A DNA stretch of 64,000 bases from an uncultured Bacteroidales bacterium (GCA_963825935.1 CAWGUN010000012.1:5323-69322), one strand, 5' to 3'. Positions 8,821-17,749 are shown, counted from the first letter of the stretch. Numbers and translations are program-made. Notes: generated by a model not told the origin, from the letters alone.

Positions 8821-9432
8821 ATGACTGTAAACGATAAACAAACTGAGGAGAAAATCTTTGAAGCTGCAACAGATGTATTTATTGAGAAGGGATTGGATGG
8901 ATCGCGTATGCAGGATATTGCCAATCACGCAGGTATAAACAAATCATTGCTGCATTATTATTACCGCACAAAGGATCATCTTTTCAATGCTGTATTTGAA
9001 AAGATCGCCGGACAGATGTTTAAAAAGTTTGCTCCGGTATTTAATGAAAAACTTCCCCTCGAAGAAAAGATCAGGTTCTTTTTCAGGGAACATATAACCT
9101 TCCTGCAAAAGAACCCGCGACTTCCGGCATTCCTGCTGAACGAAATAAACCGCAATCCTGCAAGGATCAAAAAGCTTATACAGCAGATTGATGTCAATAA
9201 ACTATGGCAGACACTGGAAGCGCAACATAAAGACGAACTTAAAAATTACAACATCACAAGGGAATCAATGCCTCAGCTGATGTCAACAATTGCTGCTATG
9301 AGCGTTTTTCCCTTTGCAGCCAGAGGAATCCTTGAGGGGATATTTGAAAAAATGAATATCAACTTCAATGATTATTTAGAAGAAAGGAAGAAGTATGCAG
9401 CTGATTTTGTGATCAAAGCCATAAAAAAATGA
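8821..9432 (+). CDS. TetR/AcrR family transcriptional regulator
   Basis: The N-terminal HTH region reads IFEAATDVFIEKGLDGSRMQDIANHAGINKSLLHYYY. First gene of the efflux operon. Confidence 0.9.
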   Translation: MTVNDKQTEEKIFEAATDVFIEKGLDGSRMQDIANHAGINKSLLHYYYRTKDHLFNAVFEKIAGQMFKKFAPVFNEKLPLEEKIRFFFREHITFLQKNPRLPAFLLNEINRNPARIKKLIQQIDVNKLWQTLEAQHKDELKNYNITRESMPQLMSTIAAMSVFPFAARGILEGIFEKMNINFNDYLEERKKYAADFVIKAIKK

Positions 9433-9466
9433 CTAAAGTTAATTGAGTTAAAAGTTAAATAATTTT

Positions 9467-10759
9467 ATGAAAAAGAGAGTTCTGATTTTGTTTATTCTTA
9501 TGATTCCCCGGGTATCGGCAATTCACTGCCAGAAAATTCTGACCCTGAAAGAGTGCTATGAGAAAGCTATGTCAGCTAACGCTCTCTCCGGGGAAAAGGA
9601 AGCCTATACAGGCATCTCTGCTCTGAAAGATAAAAACCTTTCAAAAGGATGGCTGCCCACACTGGATGCAAACGGGAGCTTTATATACAACTCTTCGGTT
9701 GTCGATATGACCAGTGCTCTGAGCGGACTGTCTCTTCCACCCGGTACAATAAAACCTCTTCCCCATGAACAGTATAAAATTACGGTCGACATTAATCAGG
9801 TAATTTACGATGGCGGAGCAATAAAAAGCGCAAGAGCTCTTGAAAAAGCCGATCTGCGTGTTAACGAAAACCTGACCGAAACTGATTTGTATAAGCTTAA
9901 AGGTCAGATTAACGGTTACTATTTCAACCTCCTGCTCCTTGCCCGCCAGAAAGAAATCCTTAACAACTTCCTGGAAGTCATAAACAAGCGAATTTCATCG
10001 ATGCAATCGGCTCTCAATAACGGAGTTGCATTAAAATCGGACATTGATGTCCTGACATCAGAAAAGCTGAAGACTGAACAACAGGTAAGTGAAAATGAAA
10101 TAAGAAGAGTTTCACTTCTAAAAATATTATCTTCTCTCACGGGAACAGAAATCGATCCTGGTGCTGAATTAATTCTACCCTCTGTTTCAGGTGAAATGAC
10201 AAATGAATTATCAAGACCTGAGCTTCAGCTATTCAACCTGAGAAAAGAACAGCTCGCAGCAGGTCTTAAAGTAATAGACAGTAAGAGGATGCCTAAAGCA
10301 TTTGGATTTGCAACCCTCGGATATGGTAATCCTCCCGGGAGTAATTTCTTCAGGGACGAATTTGCATCATTTTATATACTTGGTGCCGGCATTAAATGGA
10401 ACATATTTGACTGGAACAGGGCAAAAAATGACAAGCAGGTTATTTCCCTTCAGCAAAGCATTATTGATAAAAGGGAATCTGATCTGACGGATAATCTTAA
10501 AAGACTCCTTGAGGCAAAGAATGCTGAGATAACCAGTCTGGAAACTCTGATCGAAACCGATTCTGAACTGATTGCCCTCAGAAAAAGAATAACCGCAACA
10601 GCTGAATCACAGTACGGGAATGGAACAATTACAGCAACGGAATATCTTAATGAAATTAATTCAGAACGGCAGGTTCTGGTCAATTATGAAATTCATAAAA
10701 TAAACCTGGCAATGGCAAAAGTAGAGTATATGAACATAAGCGGAAAAGAAATTGAATGA
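9467..10759 (+). CDS. TolC-family outer membrane efflux protein
   Basis: 430 aa, signal peptide, two long coiled-coil/beta repeats, position in the efflux operon. Confidence 0.85.
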   Translation: MKKRVLILFILMIPRVSAIHCQKILTLKECYEKAMSANALSGEKEAYTGISALKDKNLSKGWLPTLDANGSFIYNSSVVDMTSALSGLSLPPGTIKPLPHEQYKITVDINQVIYDGGAIKSARALEKADLRVNENLTETDLYKLKGQINGYYFNLLLLARQKEILNNFLEVINKRISSMQSALNNGVALKSDIDVLTSEKLKTEQQVSENEIRRVSLLKILSSLTGTEIDPGAELILPSVSGEMTNELSRPELQLFNLRKEQLAAGLKVIDSKRMPKAFGFATLGYGNPPGSNFFRDEFASFYILGAGIKWNIFDWNRAKNDKQVISLQQSIIDKRESDLTDNLKRLLEAKNAEITSLETLIETDSELIALRKRITATAESQYGNGTITATEYLNEINSERQVLVNYEIHKINLAMAKVEYMNISGKEIE

Positions 10760-10783
10760 CCCCCCTGCCCCCCTGAAGGGGGG
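10760..10783. repeat. GC-rich element CCCCCCTG CCCCCCTG AAGGGGGG (hairpin CCCCCC-tgaa-GGGGGG)
   Basis: Read directly after the tolC-like stop. It is sharply GC-rich within AT-rich DNA and followed by an A-run. It may act as an attenuator or terminator, or belong to a repeat family. Confidence 0.5.
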
Positions 10784-10821
10784 TAAAAAAAGGAACAGAA
10801 ATTACTATAAAACAACATATA

Positions 10822-11706
10822 ATGCATATGAAAACCAGATCAATAATAATTATCGCTGCCATAATTCTGGCCGGTTGTAAAAACAAAACCGAGAAGGCTG
10901 ATGCTTACGGCAACTTTGAAGCCACGGAGGTTATCGTATCCTCTGAAACTAACGGTCGTATTCTTGATTTTAATGTGACTGAAGGGTCTGAGGTTGAAAA
11001 AGGATCGAAGATCGCATTTATCGATACAACACTTTACCATCTTCAGAAAGCTGAGATAGATGCCGGTATGAAGAGTGTATGGACACGCATCAGTTCAATA
11101 TCTGCCCAGAATAATATTCTTAGCCAGCAGATTGAGAACCTGAAGCTCAACATTACGAGAATCGAAGAAATGCTGAAGGACGATGCCGCAACACAGAAAC
11201 AGTACGATGATCTTACAGGCCAGGTGGCCGTTCTTCAGAAACAGATTGAAGCAAACAGTACGCAAAAGGCATCAGTGGCATCTGAGCTTTCTGTCTTTGA
11301 ATCAAAGAAAGCTACCCTTAATGAGCAGGTTATACGAAGCACTGTTAAAAGCCCGATAAAAGGAACTATTATTGAAAAGTACTCCGAAGCCGGTGAACTG
11401 ACAGCAGCAGGTAAACCCCTGGTAAAGATCGCCGATCTTTCAAAGATTAAACTTAAAGTATACGTTAGTGGCGCACAGCTAGGATCAATAAAAATCGGAC
11501 AACAATGTACTATAAGGACAGATAACGGGGAAAAAGGGTACAGCGCGTTTACCGGGACGATAAGTTATATTTCAGGCAAAGCAGAGTTTACACCTAAAAT
11601 CATTCAGACAAAAGAGGAACGGGTAACGCTGGTATATGCCGTAACGATTGATGTTGTGAATGACGGTACGATGAAGTCAGGTATGCCGGGGGAAGCAATC
11701 TTCTGA
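10822..11706 (+). CDS. HlyD-family periplasmic adaptor (YbhG-like)
   Basis: Lipoprotein-like N-terminus (AGCKNK), a coiled-coil centre and a beta-barrel C-terminus. Located between TolC and the ABC genes. Confidence 0.85.
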   Translation: MHMKTRSIIIIAAIILAGCKNKTEKADAYGNFEATEVIVSSETNGRILDFNVTEGSEVEKGSKIAFIDTTLYHLQKAEIDAGMKSVWTRISSISAQNNILSQQIENLKLNITRIEEMLKDDAATQKQYDDLTGQVAVLQKQIEANSTQKASVASELSVFESKKATLNEQVIRSTVKSPIKGTIIEKYSEAGELTAAGKPLVKIADLSKIKLKVYVSGAQLGSIKIGQQCTIRTDNGEKGYSAFTGTISYISGKAEFTPKIIQTKEERVTLVYAVTIDVVNDGTMKSGMPGEAIF

Positions 11707-11719
11707 ATAAAGAAATCAA

Positions 11720-12634
11720 ATGCAGAAAATTATTGAATCGTCAGGTATCAGTAAACGTTTCGGTAAGACAGAAGCTCTGAAGGATATCTCATTTGATGTA
11801 AATGAGGCGGAAATATTTGGCTTTATTGGTCCCGATGGTGCAGGTAAAACTACACTCTTCAGAATAGTTACAACTCTCCTGTTGCCTGATACAGGCAAAA
11901 TGAAGGTGCTGGGTCTGGATACGAAAGCTGATTTCAGGGAGCTGCGCAAAAATATCGGTTATATGCCCGGCAGGTTTAGCCTTTATCAGGATCTTTCAGT
12001 TGAGGAGAACCTTAATTTCTATGCTACCGTTTTCGGAACAACAGTAAATGAGAATTATGATCTCATTTCTGATATCTATTCTCATATAGAGCCATTTAAG
12101 AAAAGGCTGGCAGGTAAGCTCTCCGGAGGGATGAAACAGAAGCTTGCATTATCATGCGCACTTATTCATAAACCGCGCCTCCTTGTCCTTGATGAACCAA
12201 CAACAGGAGTGGATGCAGTTTCAAGGTCGGAGTTCTGGGATATGCTTAAGAAACTGGTAAAGTTTAATATAACAATAATTGTATCAACCCCTTACATGGA
12301 CGAAGCTATGCGCTGCGACAGAGTTGCACTAATTCAGAACGGAAGTATCCTTGCTGTAAATACTCCCTGGATGATTAAATCCGGATTTACAAGAAAATTA
12401 TTCAGCATCAAAGCTGAAGAAAAATACAGACTTATAAATGCTTTGAGGGAATTTCCGGCAACTGTTTCTGCATATCCCTTCGGAGATTCTGTTCATGTCA
12501 CATTTACGAATGATATACTTGATAATTCAATATACGATCATCTTACAAAAAGTGGAGTAGACAATGCTGAAATACATGAAACAGAAGCCGGAATTGAAGA
12601 CAGGTTTCTGGAACTGATGGAAAAAACGGTTTAG
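11720..12634 (+). CDS. ABC transporter ATP-binding protein
   Basis: Walker A GPDGAGKTT, signature LSGGMKQK, Walker B LLVLDEP. Confidence 0.93.
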   Translation: MQKIIESSGISKRFGKTEALKDISFDVNEAEIFGFIGPDGAGKTTLFRIVTTLLLPDTGKMKVLGLDTKADFRELRKNIGYMPGRFSLYQDLSVEENLNFYATVFGTTVNENYDLISDIYSHIEPFKKRLAGKLSGGMKQKLALSCALIHKPRLLVLDEPTTGVDAVSRSEFWDMLKKLVKFNITIIVSTPYMDEAMRCDRVALIQNGSILAVNTPWMIKSGFTRKLFSIKAEEKYRLINALREFPATVSAYPFGDSVHVTFTNDILDNSIYDHLTKSGVDNAEIHETEAGIEDRFLELMEKTV

Positions 12635-12656
12635 TGGTACAATGGTACAAAGGTGT

Positions 12657-12705
12657 AATTCCCCCTTTGAAGAGCTTGTCCCGCGTAGCGGGAGGGTTAG
12701 GGGGA
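12657..12705. repeat. GC-rich nested palindromic element between the two ABC ATPase genes
   Basis: The outer arms TCCCCCT (12660-12666) and AGGGGGA (12699-12705) enclose the hairpin TCCCGC-gta-GCGGGA (12679-12693). It shares the 10-mer AATTCCCCCT with the palindrome at 29521. Confidence 0.5.
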
Positions 12706-12737
12706 TGTAAGACAGGGATAAAGATTTAAAATGATAG

Positions 12738-13472
12738 ATGAATAAAGCAGTTATATCGGTCCATAATCTGGTGAAGAAATTCGGAAACTTCATTGCCAAT
12801 GATAATCTGAATTTTGAGGTCTTTGAAGGGGAAATATTTGGTTTCCTGGGTGCCAATGGCGCAGGGAAAACAACAACTATCAGAATTTTGTCAGGATTAT
12901 CAGAGCCAACATCAGGTGAAGTTATTGTAGCAGGATATAATGCCGGGAAACAGCCCGAAAAAATTAAAAAGAATATTGGATATATGTGTCAGAAATTTTC
13001 TCTTTACGAGGATCTGACTGTAAAAGAGAACATCATGCTTTATGGTGGCATTTATAGTATGAGAAAATCTCTGATAAAAGAAAGAACTACTGAGCTGCTG
13101 AAAAAGCTCCGTTTTGAGGATTATGAAAACAGGTTGATATCAGATCTGCCTCTTGGATTAAAACAGAAGCTGGCGTTTTCAGTAGCAGTTCTTCATGAAC
13201 CAAAGATTGTTTTCCTTGATGAACCGACCGGTGGAGTAGATCCCATAACACGCCGGCAGTTCTGGGAAATGATCTATGAGGCTGCATCTAGGGGAATAAC
13301 CCTGTTTGTAACAACACATTATATGGACGAAGCAGAATATTGCGACCGGATTTCAATTATGAGTGAAGGAAGGATTGTAGCTCTTGACACGCCGGCTGCG
13401 CTTAAAAAACAATATAATTCAGCATCGGTTGATGAGGTGTTTTTGAAGATTGCAAGGCCGGTTAAAAACTGA
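12738..13472 (+). CDS. ABC transporter ATP-binding protein
   Basis: Walker A GANGAGKTT, Walker B IVFLDEP, ABC-2 type partner. Confidence 0.93.
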   Translation: MNKAVISVHNLVKKFGNFIANDNLNFEVFEGEIFGFLGANGAGKTTTIRILSGLSEPTSGEVIVAGYNAGKQPEKIKKNIGYMCQKFSLYEDLTVKENIMLYGGIYSMRKSLIKERTTELLKKLRFEDYENRLISDLPLGLKQKLAFSVAVLHEPKIVFLDEPTGGVDPITRRQFWEMIYEAASRGITLFVTTHYMDEAEYCDRISIMSEGRIVALDTPAALKKQYNSASVDEVFLKIARPVKN

Positions 13473-13476
13473 GAGT

Positions 13477-14586
13477 ATGAAACGTTTCCTGGGTTTTGTT
13501 AAAAAAGAGTTCCTGCATATTTTCAGGGATTTCCGGACTCTTATAATTCTTTTCGGGATTCCGGCTGCCCAGATATTGTTATTCGGTTATGTTGTAAGCA
13601 CTGATATTAAAAATGCCGGGGTAGCCTTTCTTGATCTTTCGAAAGATGAGGTCACACAGAAACTGACTGATAAAATTATCTCTTCCGGATTTTTTAAAAG
13701 TAATGGGAACCTCCTGCATTACAATGACATAGATAAGATCCTGAAAAAGGGTAAAACAAAGGCGGTGATCATCTTTGAAGAAAACTTCGGACGGAATCTT
13801 ATAAGCGAAGGGAAAGCTACTTTGAGCATTATTGCCGATGGTTCTGAGCCAAATATTGCAGCCCTTGTTACAAATTATACAACAGCAATAGTGGCCGACT
13901 TCAATCGCGAATTTGCAGGCACCGCCGGAAATACCGTATCAATGATCCAGCCGGAAGTGAAAATGTTCTATAATCCAAGTCTTAAAGGTCATTTTATGTT
14001 TGTTCCGGGGGTAATTACCCTTATCCTCATACTGATCTGTGCTCTTATGACATCTGTTACCATTACACGTGAAAAAGAGTTCGGAACTATGGAAGTATTG
14101 CTTGTATCGCCCCTGAAGCCTGTTCAGATCATTCTTGGTAAGGTCCTGCCCTACTTTATCCTGTCTGTTATCAATGTAATTGTTATCCTTTTACTTTCAT
14201 GGTTAGTATTCGGACTGCCTGTGAAGGGAAGTATTGTCCTTCTTATGGCTGAAAGCATGCTCTATATTCTCATGAGTCTTTCACTTGGCATATTGATATC
14301 AACTGTCTCAAAAACTATGCAGCAGGCAATCTTTATCTCCCTTGTAGGGATGATGTTACCGACAATCCTGCTTTCAGGATTCATTTTCCCGATAGAAAAT
14401 ATGCCCGTAATTTATGACTGGATAAGCGCCGTGCTGCCACCAAGGTATTTCGTTGTGATTATAAAAAACATTATGATAAAGGGGACCGGATTCCCCGATG
14501 TCTGGAAGGAAACCCTGGTGCTTACAGCTATGACAATGATATTCATCGGATTGAGCATCAGGAATTTTAAAATCAGGTTAGAGTAA
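13477..14586 (+). CDS. ABC-2 type transporter permease (YbhS/YbhR-like)
   Basis: ORF 13450-14586. The start MKRFLGFVKKEF at 13477 avoids overlap with the upstream gene. One N-terminal TM helix, a large loop, then 5 TM helices. Confidence 0.88.
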   Translation: MKRFLGFVKKEFLHIFRDFRTLIILFGIPAAQILLFGYVVSTDIKNAGVAFLDLSKDEVTQKLTDKIISSGFFKSNGNLLHYNDIDKILKKGKTKAVIIFEENFGRNLISEGKATLSIIADGSEPNIAALVTNYTTAIVADFNREFAGTAGNTVSMIQPEVKMFYNPSLKGHFMFVPGVITLILILICALMTSVTITREKEFGTMEVLLVSPLKPVQIILGKVLPYFILSVINVIVILLLSWLVFGLPVKGSIVLLMAESMLYILMSLSLGILISTVSKTMQQAIFISLVGMMLPTILLSGFIFPIENMPVIYDWISAVLPPRYFVVIIKNIMIKGTGFPDVWKETLVLTAMTMIFIGLSIRNFKIRLE

Positions 14587-14617
14587 GAAAGACAAAAGAC
14601 AAAAGATAAAAGAAGAG

Positions 14618-15736
14618 ATGAGAACCATATTATATCTAATCAGAAAAGAGTTCATTCAGATCTTCCGGAATAAATTTATTTCGCGGGCGATTTTCGGAGT
14701 TCCGATAATTCAGATGCTTATCCTGGTTCCGGCTGTTACCTTTGAAATTAAGAATGTCAGACTTTGCATAATTGACAGGGATATGACATCCGAATCAAGG
14801 GGTCTTATTTCCCAGTTGGAGGGTTCTACTTTCTTTAAAGTTAGATTCTCAACCTTTTCGGAAGAGGAAGCCAGTAGCCTGCTTGATAAGGGCAAATGTG
14901 ATCTTGCTCTTCAGATCCCCTCAGGGTTCGGCCGGGATATCGGTTCAGGAAAACCCTCAAAGCTCCTTGCTTCTGTCAATGCAATAAATGCATCTGTTGC
15001 CCAGCTTTCGTGGGCTTACCTTAACGGAGTACTCCGGGATTACAATATGAATATAATCGCACAAAATATCAATATAAATCCGCCTGCTCTGTTCCCACAG
15101 ATAATTGTTACAAACAGGTACTGGTACAACGAAATGCTTAATTACAAGTATTATATGCTGCCCGGCATTCTTGGGATACTGGTCACCGCTATCGGATTCC
15201 TGCTGGCAGGATTAAATCTTGTCAGGGAAAAAGAGATTGGAACCATAGAACAGATAAATGTCACACCTGTCAGAAAATATCAATTCATCATTGCGAAAAT
15301 GGTCCCCTTTCTCATAATCGGGCTAGTTGATCTTGCCCTTGGTCTGATCCTCGGGAAGATCGCCTTTAATATTCCGTTTGAAGGAAGTATCGCCTTGCTT
15401 TTCCTTTGTTCTGCAATTTTCCTGATTGCTGTTCTGGGGCTTGCTTTGTTTATTTCAACTTTTTCTTCTACACAGCAGCAATTTATGTTCATAGCATTTT
15501 TCTGTATGATCATTTTCATCCTTATGAGCGGTATTTTCACGCCTCTGGAAAGCATGCCGGTCTGGGCTCAGAAAGCCGATCTTATCAATCCAGTTGCATA
15601 CCTTATGAGGATCAACAGAATGGTGATGTTAAAAGGATCAACAATTCATGATATCAGCAGCGATATATTTGCACTGATAGCAATTGCAATATTATTTACA
15701 GCTTTTGCTGTAAGCAGGTACAGAAAAACGGCCTGA
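14618..15736 (+). CDS. ABC-2 type transporter permease (YbhS/YbhR-like)
   Basis: Paralogue of the preceding permease with the same topology. Confidence 0.88.
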   Translation: MRTILYLIRKEFIQIFRNKFISRAIFGVPIIQMLILVPAVTFEIKNVRLCIIDRDMTSESRGLISQLEGSTFFKVRFSTFSEEEASSLLDKGKCDLALQIPSGFGRDIGSGKPSKLLASVNAINASVAQLSWAYLNGVLRDYNMNIIAQNININPPALFPQIIVTNRYWYNEMLNYKYYMLPGILGILVTAIGFLLAGLNLVREKEIGTIEQINVTPVRKYQFIIAKMVPFLIIGLVDLALGLILGKIAFNIPFEGSIALLFLCSAIFLIAVLGLALFISTFSSTQQQFMFIAFFCMIIFILMSGIFTPLESMPVWAQKADLINPVAYLMRINRMVMLKGSTIHDISSDIFALIAIAILFTAFAVSRYRKTA

Positions 15737-15756
15737 TTAATAGAAATTTAATTAAA

Positions 15757-15812
15757 AGAAATCACTGCCTCCACAGGCCAGTGATCGGAGATATAAATTC
15801 TGCGCTCTTTTT
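15757..15812. repeat. 56-bp direct repeat, copy 1 (orphan copy of the EEP gene 3' end)
   Basis: Identical base-for-base to 16702-16757 (agaaatcactgcctccacaggccagtgatcggagatataaattctgcgctcttttt). Confidence 0.9.
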
Positions 15813-15893
15813 CCTGTTTTGTGCGAAAGACACCCATAATTAAGATAGACAGACAAGACAATAAACTTTTCATAATTGACATTAATACATTTA

Positions 15894-16199
15894 CTAACAG
15901 GTCTTGAATAATCCAGTATGTGATAATTCTTTCCAATCTTTATTAAACTGATTAATAAGTGCCAGTTTTTTCCCCCTGGAAAACCCTTTAATCTGTTTTT
16001 CCCTTTCTATTGCTGAAACAATTGAATCAAACCTTTCAAAATAAATCAGTTTATCAACATTATATTTCTGTGTAAATCCCTTTATTTTCTTTTGTTTATG
16101 TTCATAACACCTTCTCTCTAAGTCATTAGTAACTCCGGTATAAAGAACATTATGATATGTATTTGTCAGGATATAAACATAATATACCCGGGTTCTCAT
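15894..16199 (-). CDS. GIY-YIG nuclease family protein (stand-alone, about 100 aa)
   Basis: VYILTNTYHNVLYTGVTNDLERRCYEHK matches the GIY-(10 aa)-YIG-type core with downstream R and E residues. Confidence 0.85.
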   Translation of the reverse strand: MRTRVYYVYILTNTYHNVLYTGVTNDLERRCYEHKQKKIKGFTQKYNVDKLIYFERFDSIVSAIEREKQIKGFSRGKKLALINQFNKDWKELSHTGLFKTC

Positions 16200-16257
16200 T
16201 TAACTAACAGATTATTAATGACATTTATGATGAAGACCAAATTACAAAAAATCAGGA

Positions 16258-16491
16258 GATTCCTCGCTGGCTCTCGGAATGACGTGGCGAGATTGTGAGG
16301 TATAGGGGGAAAGAAGTGGCGATTCGCAAACTTTATTTTGACTCGTCCTAAAAAAAGTTTACAGATTAATAATTAAATCCTGATATCAATTTACACTTTT
16401 GAACTCTTTCGATATTTTTCAGCGAATCGCCACTTCTTTCCCCACCCCCTGTAAAATAATAAATTGTCATTCCGAGCGTTAGCGAGGAATC
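16258..16491. repeat. Nested long inverted repeat (outer 26-nt arms, inner perfect 22-nt arms)
   Basis: The outer arm gattcctcgctggctctcggaatgac (16258-16283) pairs with gtcattccgagcgttagcgaggaatc (16466-16491), with 23 of 26 positions complementary. The inner arm ggggaaagaagtggcgattcgc (16306-16327) pairs perfectly with gcgaatcgccacttctttcccc (16422-16443). Confidence 0.85.
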
Positions 16492-16671
16492 CCCGGCTCG
16501 CGTGAACATTCACCTTCAGTTATTCAGACAAACAATCACAAATCAGAGATGCCTTGTCCCGCTTAGACCTCACCGGAGGTAATCTACCGGATTCATGGTA
16601 TGGACAATGGAGAGACACCCATATTTTCTATAAATAAATCTCTTATTTGCTACTAATAAAATAGTTATACT

Positions 16672-17559
16672 TTATTGAAGCTGAAAACCGCTCAAAACAG
16701 GAGAAATCACTGCCTCCACAGGCCAGTGATCGGAGATATAAATTCTGCGCTCTTTTTTAATTATTGTCTTGTGAGTAAGTACCTTCAGGCCGTCCTTTAC
16801 AAAAATATAATCTATCCTGCCTGATCCCTGCTTATCTGAGAATCCATTAAAAGTATACATCGGGCCAGCCGGAGTTTTTTCAGAAATAACGAATGAATCA
16901 TTAAGGAGAGGAACACTTTCAGAAGGTCCTGTAAGAATTCCATAACCCTTGCTGGTAGACAGCATATTAAAATCGCCGGTTATAACAAACGGGAAATCCG
17001 AAGAAATACTATCAACTTTACTGAGCAGCAATCCTGCGCTCATAATCCTTGCCGAATCTGAATCGTGGGCAAAATGTGTATTGAAAAAGTAAATATGCTG
17101 ATGGCTGTTTTTATCAACAAGCTCCATCCATGTAACGATCCGGGGAAGGCCTGCACCCCATGCCTGTGATCCGGGCACTTCAGGTGTTTCAGATAACCAG
17201 AACGTTTTTGTCCTGATCATGTCGAACCTTTCTTTCCTGTAAAAGACAGGATTCATTTCACCCATTTTTGCCCCGTCAGTGCGACCAACTCCCACTGAAC
17301 CGTAATCTTTCAGGACCGAATCGAGAAATTCAAACTGATGCTGAAGAACTTCCTGCATCCCGAGAAGGTCGGGCTTTTCATTCCTGATAAAATTACTGAC
17401 AATAGCCGCCCTGTTGGACCAGGCATTAATACTGTCGCGCGGATTATCATATCTGACATTTAATGTCATCACTTTAATTGCATCCTTATCAGATTCACGT
17501 GAACATCCACTGAAAATCAACAGGAGGAGGAATGCAGAAAATATCAGAGATCTTTTCAT
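16672..17559 (-). CDS. Endonuclease/exonuclease/phosphatase (EEP) family lipoprotein
   Basis: Lipobox LLIFSGC, EEP motifs LGMQEV, GDFN and C-terminal SDHWPV. Confidence 0.85.
   Translation of the reverse strand: MKRSLIFSAFLLLLIFSGCSRESDKDAIKVMTLNVRYDNPRDSINAWSNRAAIVSNFIRNEKPDLLGMQEVLQHQFEFLDSVLKDYGSVGVGRTDGAKMGEMNPVFYRKERFDMIRTKTFWLSETPEVPGSQAWGAGLPRIVTWMELVDKNSHQHIYFFNTHFAHDSDSARIMSAGLLLSKVDSISSDFPFVITGDFNMLSTSKGYGILTGPSESVPLLNDSFVISEKTPAGPMYTFNGFSDKQGSGRIDYIFVKDGLKVLTHKTIIKKERRIYISDHWPVEAVISPVLSGFQLQ
16702..16757. repeat. 56-bp direct repeat, copy 2 (inside the intact EEP gene, encodes ERRIYISDHWPVEAVIS)
   Basis: Identical to 15757-15812. Confidence 0.9.
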
Positions 17560-17652
17560 ATTCGAAAATTTTATCCAAAGATAATCAACTGAAGGCTAAT
17601 TTGGACTATAGTTTGATCATTAGGTTAGGAAAGGTCATCCGGCAATTATTTA

Positions 17653-17660
17653 TATATTTG
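17653..17660 (+). promoter_or_regulatory. Candidate -7 box TATATTTG upstream of mutL
   Basis: Exact TAnnTTTG, 90 nt upstream of the mutL ATG at 17750. Confidence 0.3.
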
Positions 17661-17749
17661 TGCAATTATTAAAAGGGGGATATAAAGTGTATTGTAAACA
17701 CTTGTTCTCCAAATATTTAATAAATTTAATCTTAAAATCATTTATATTA

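Larger units (their letters stand above)
15813..16757. mobile_element. Roughly 945-bp inserted cassette: GIY-YIG gene plus a nested inverted-repeat region, counted with one copy of the flanking 56-bp repeat
   Basis: Bounded by perfect 56-bp direct repeats. It contains a free-standing GIY-YIG ORF and GC-rich palindromes. No integrase or transposase is present. Confidence 0.5.

Noticed and set aside
13450-13476. Upstream extension of the first ABC-2 permease overlapping the ATPase gene
   Set aside because: MKRFLGF at 13477 starts 5 nt after the ATPase stop and gives the family-typical N-terminus.
15748-15936. 62-aa minus-strand ORF ending in ...ERRIYISDHWPVEAVISFN
   Set aside because: It is not an independent gene. 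Its 3' end is the orphan 56-bp repeat copy (a relic of the EEP gene terminus), and its 5' part overlaps the end of the GIY-YIG gene region.
15894-16199. The GIY-YIG ORF could be a fragment of uvrC
   Set aside because: It is a complete ORF of about 100 aa with its own start and stop. Neither strand has adjacent UvrC domains (UvrBC-interacting, Endo V, HhH).
17660-17749. 30-codon N-terminal extension of mutL on the ORF track
   Set aside because: The canonical MutL N-terminus (MPDVIKLLPDSVANQIAAGEV) starts at 17750, and a -7-type promoter box lies inside the extension.
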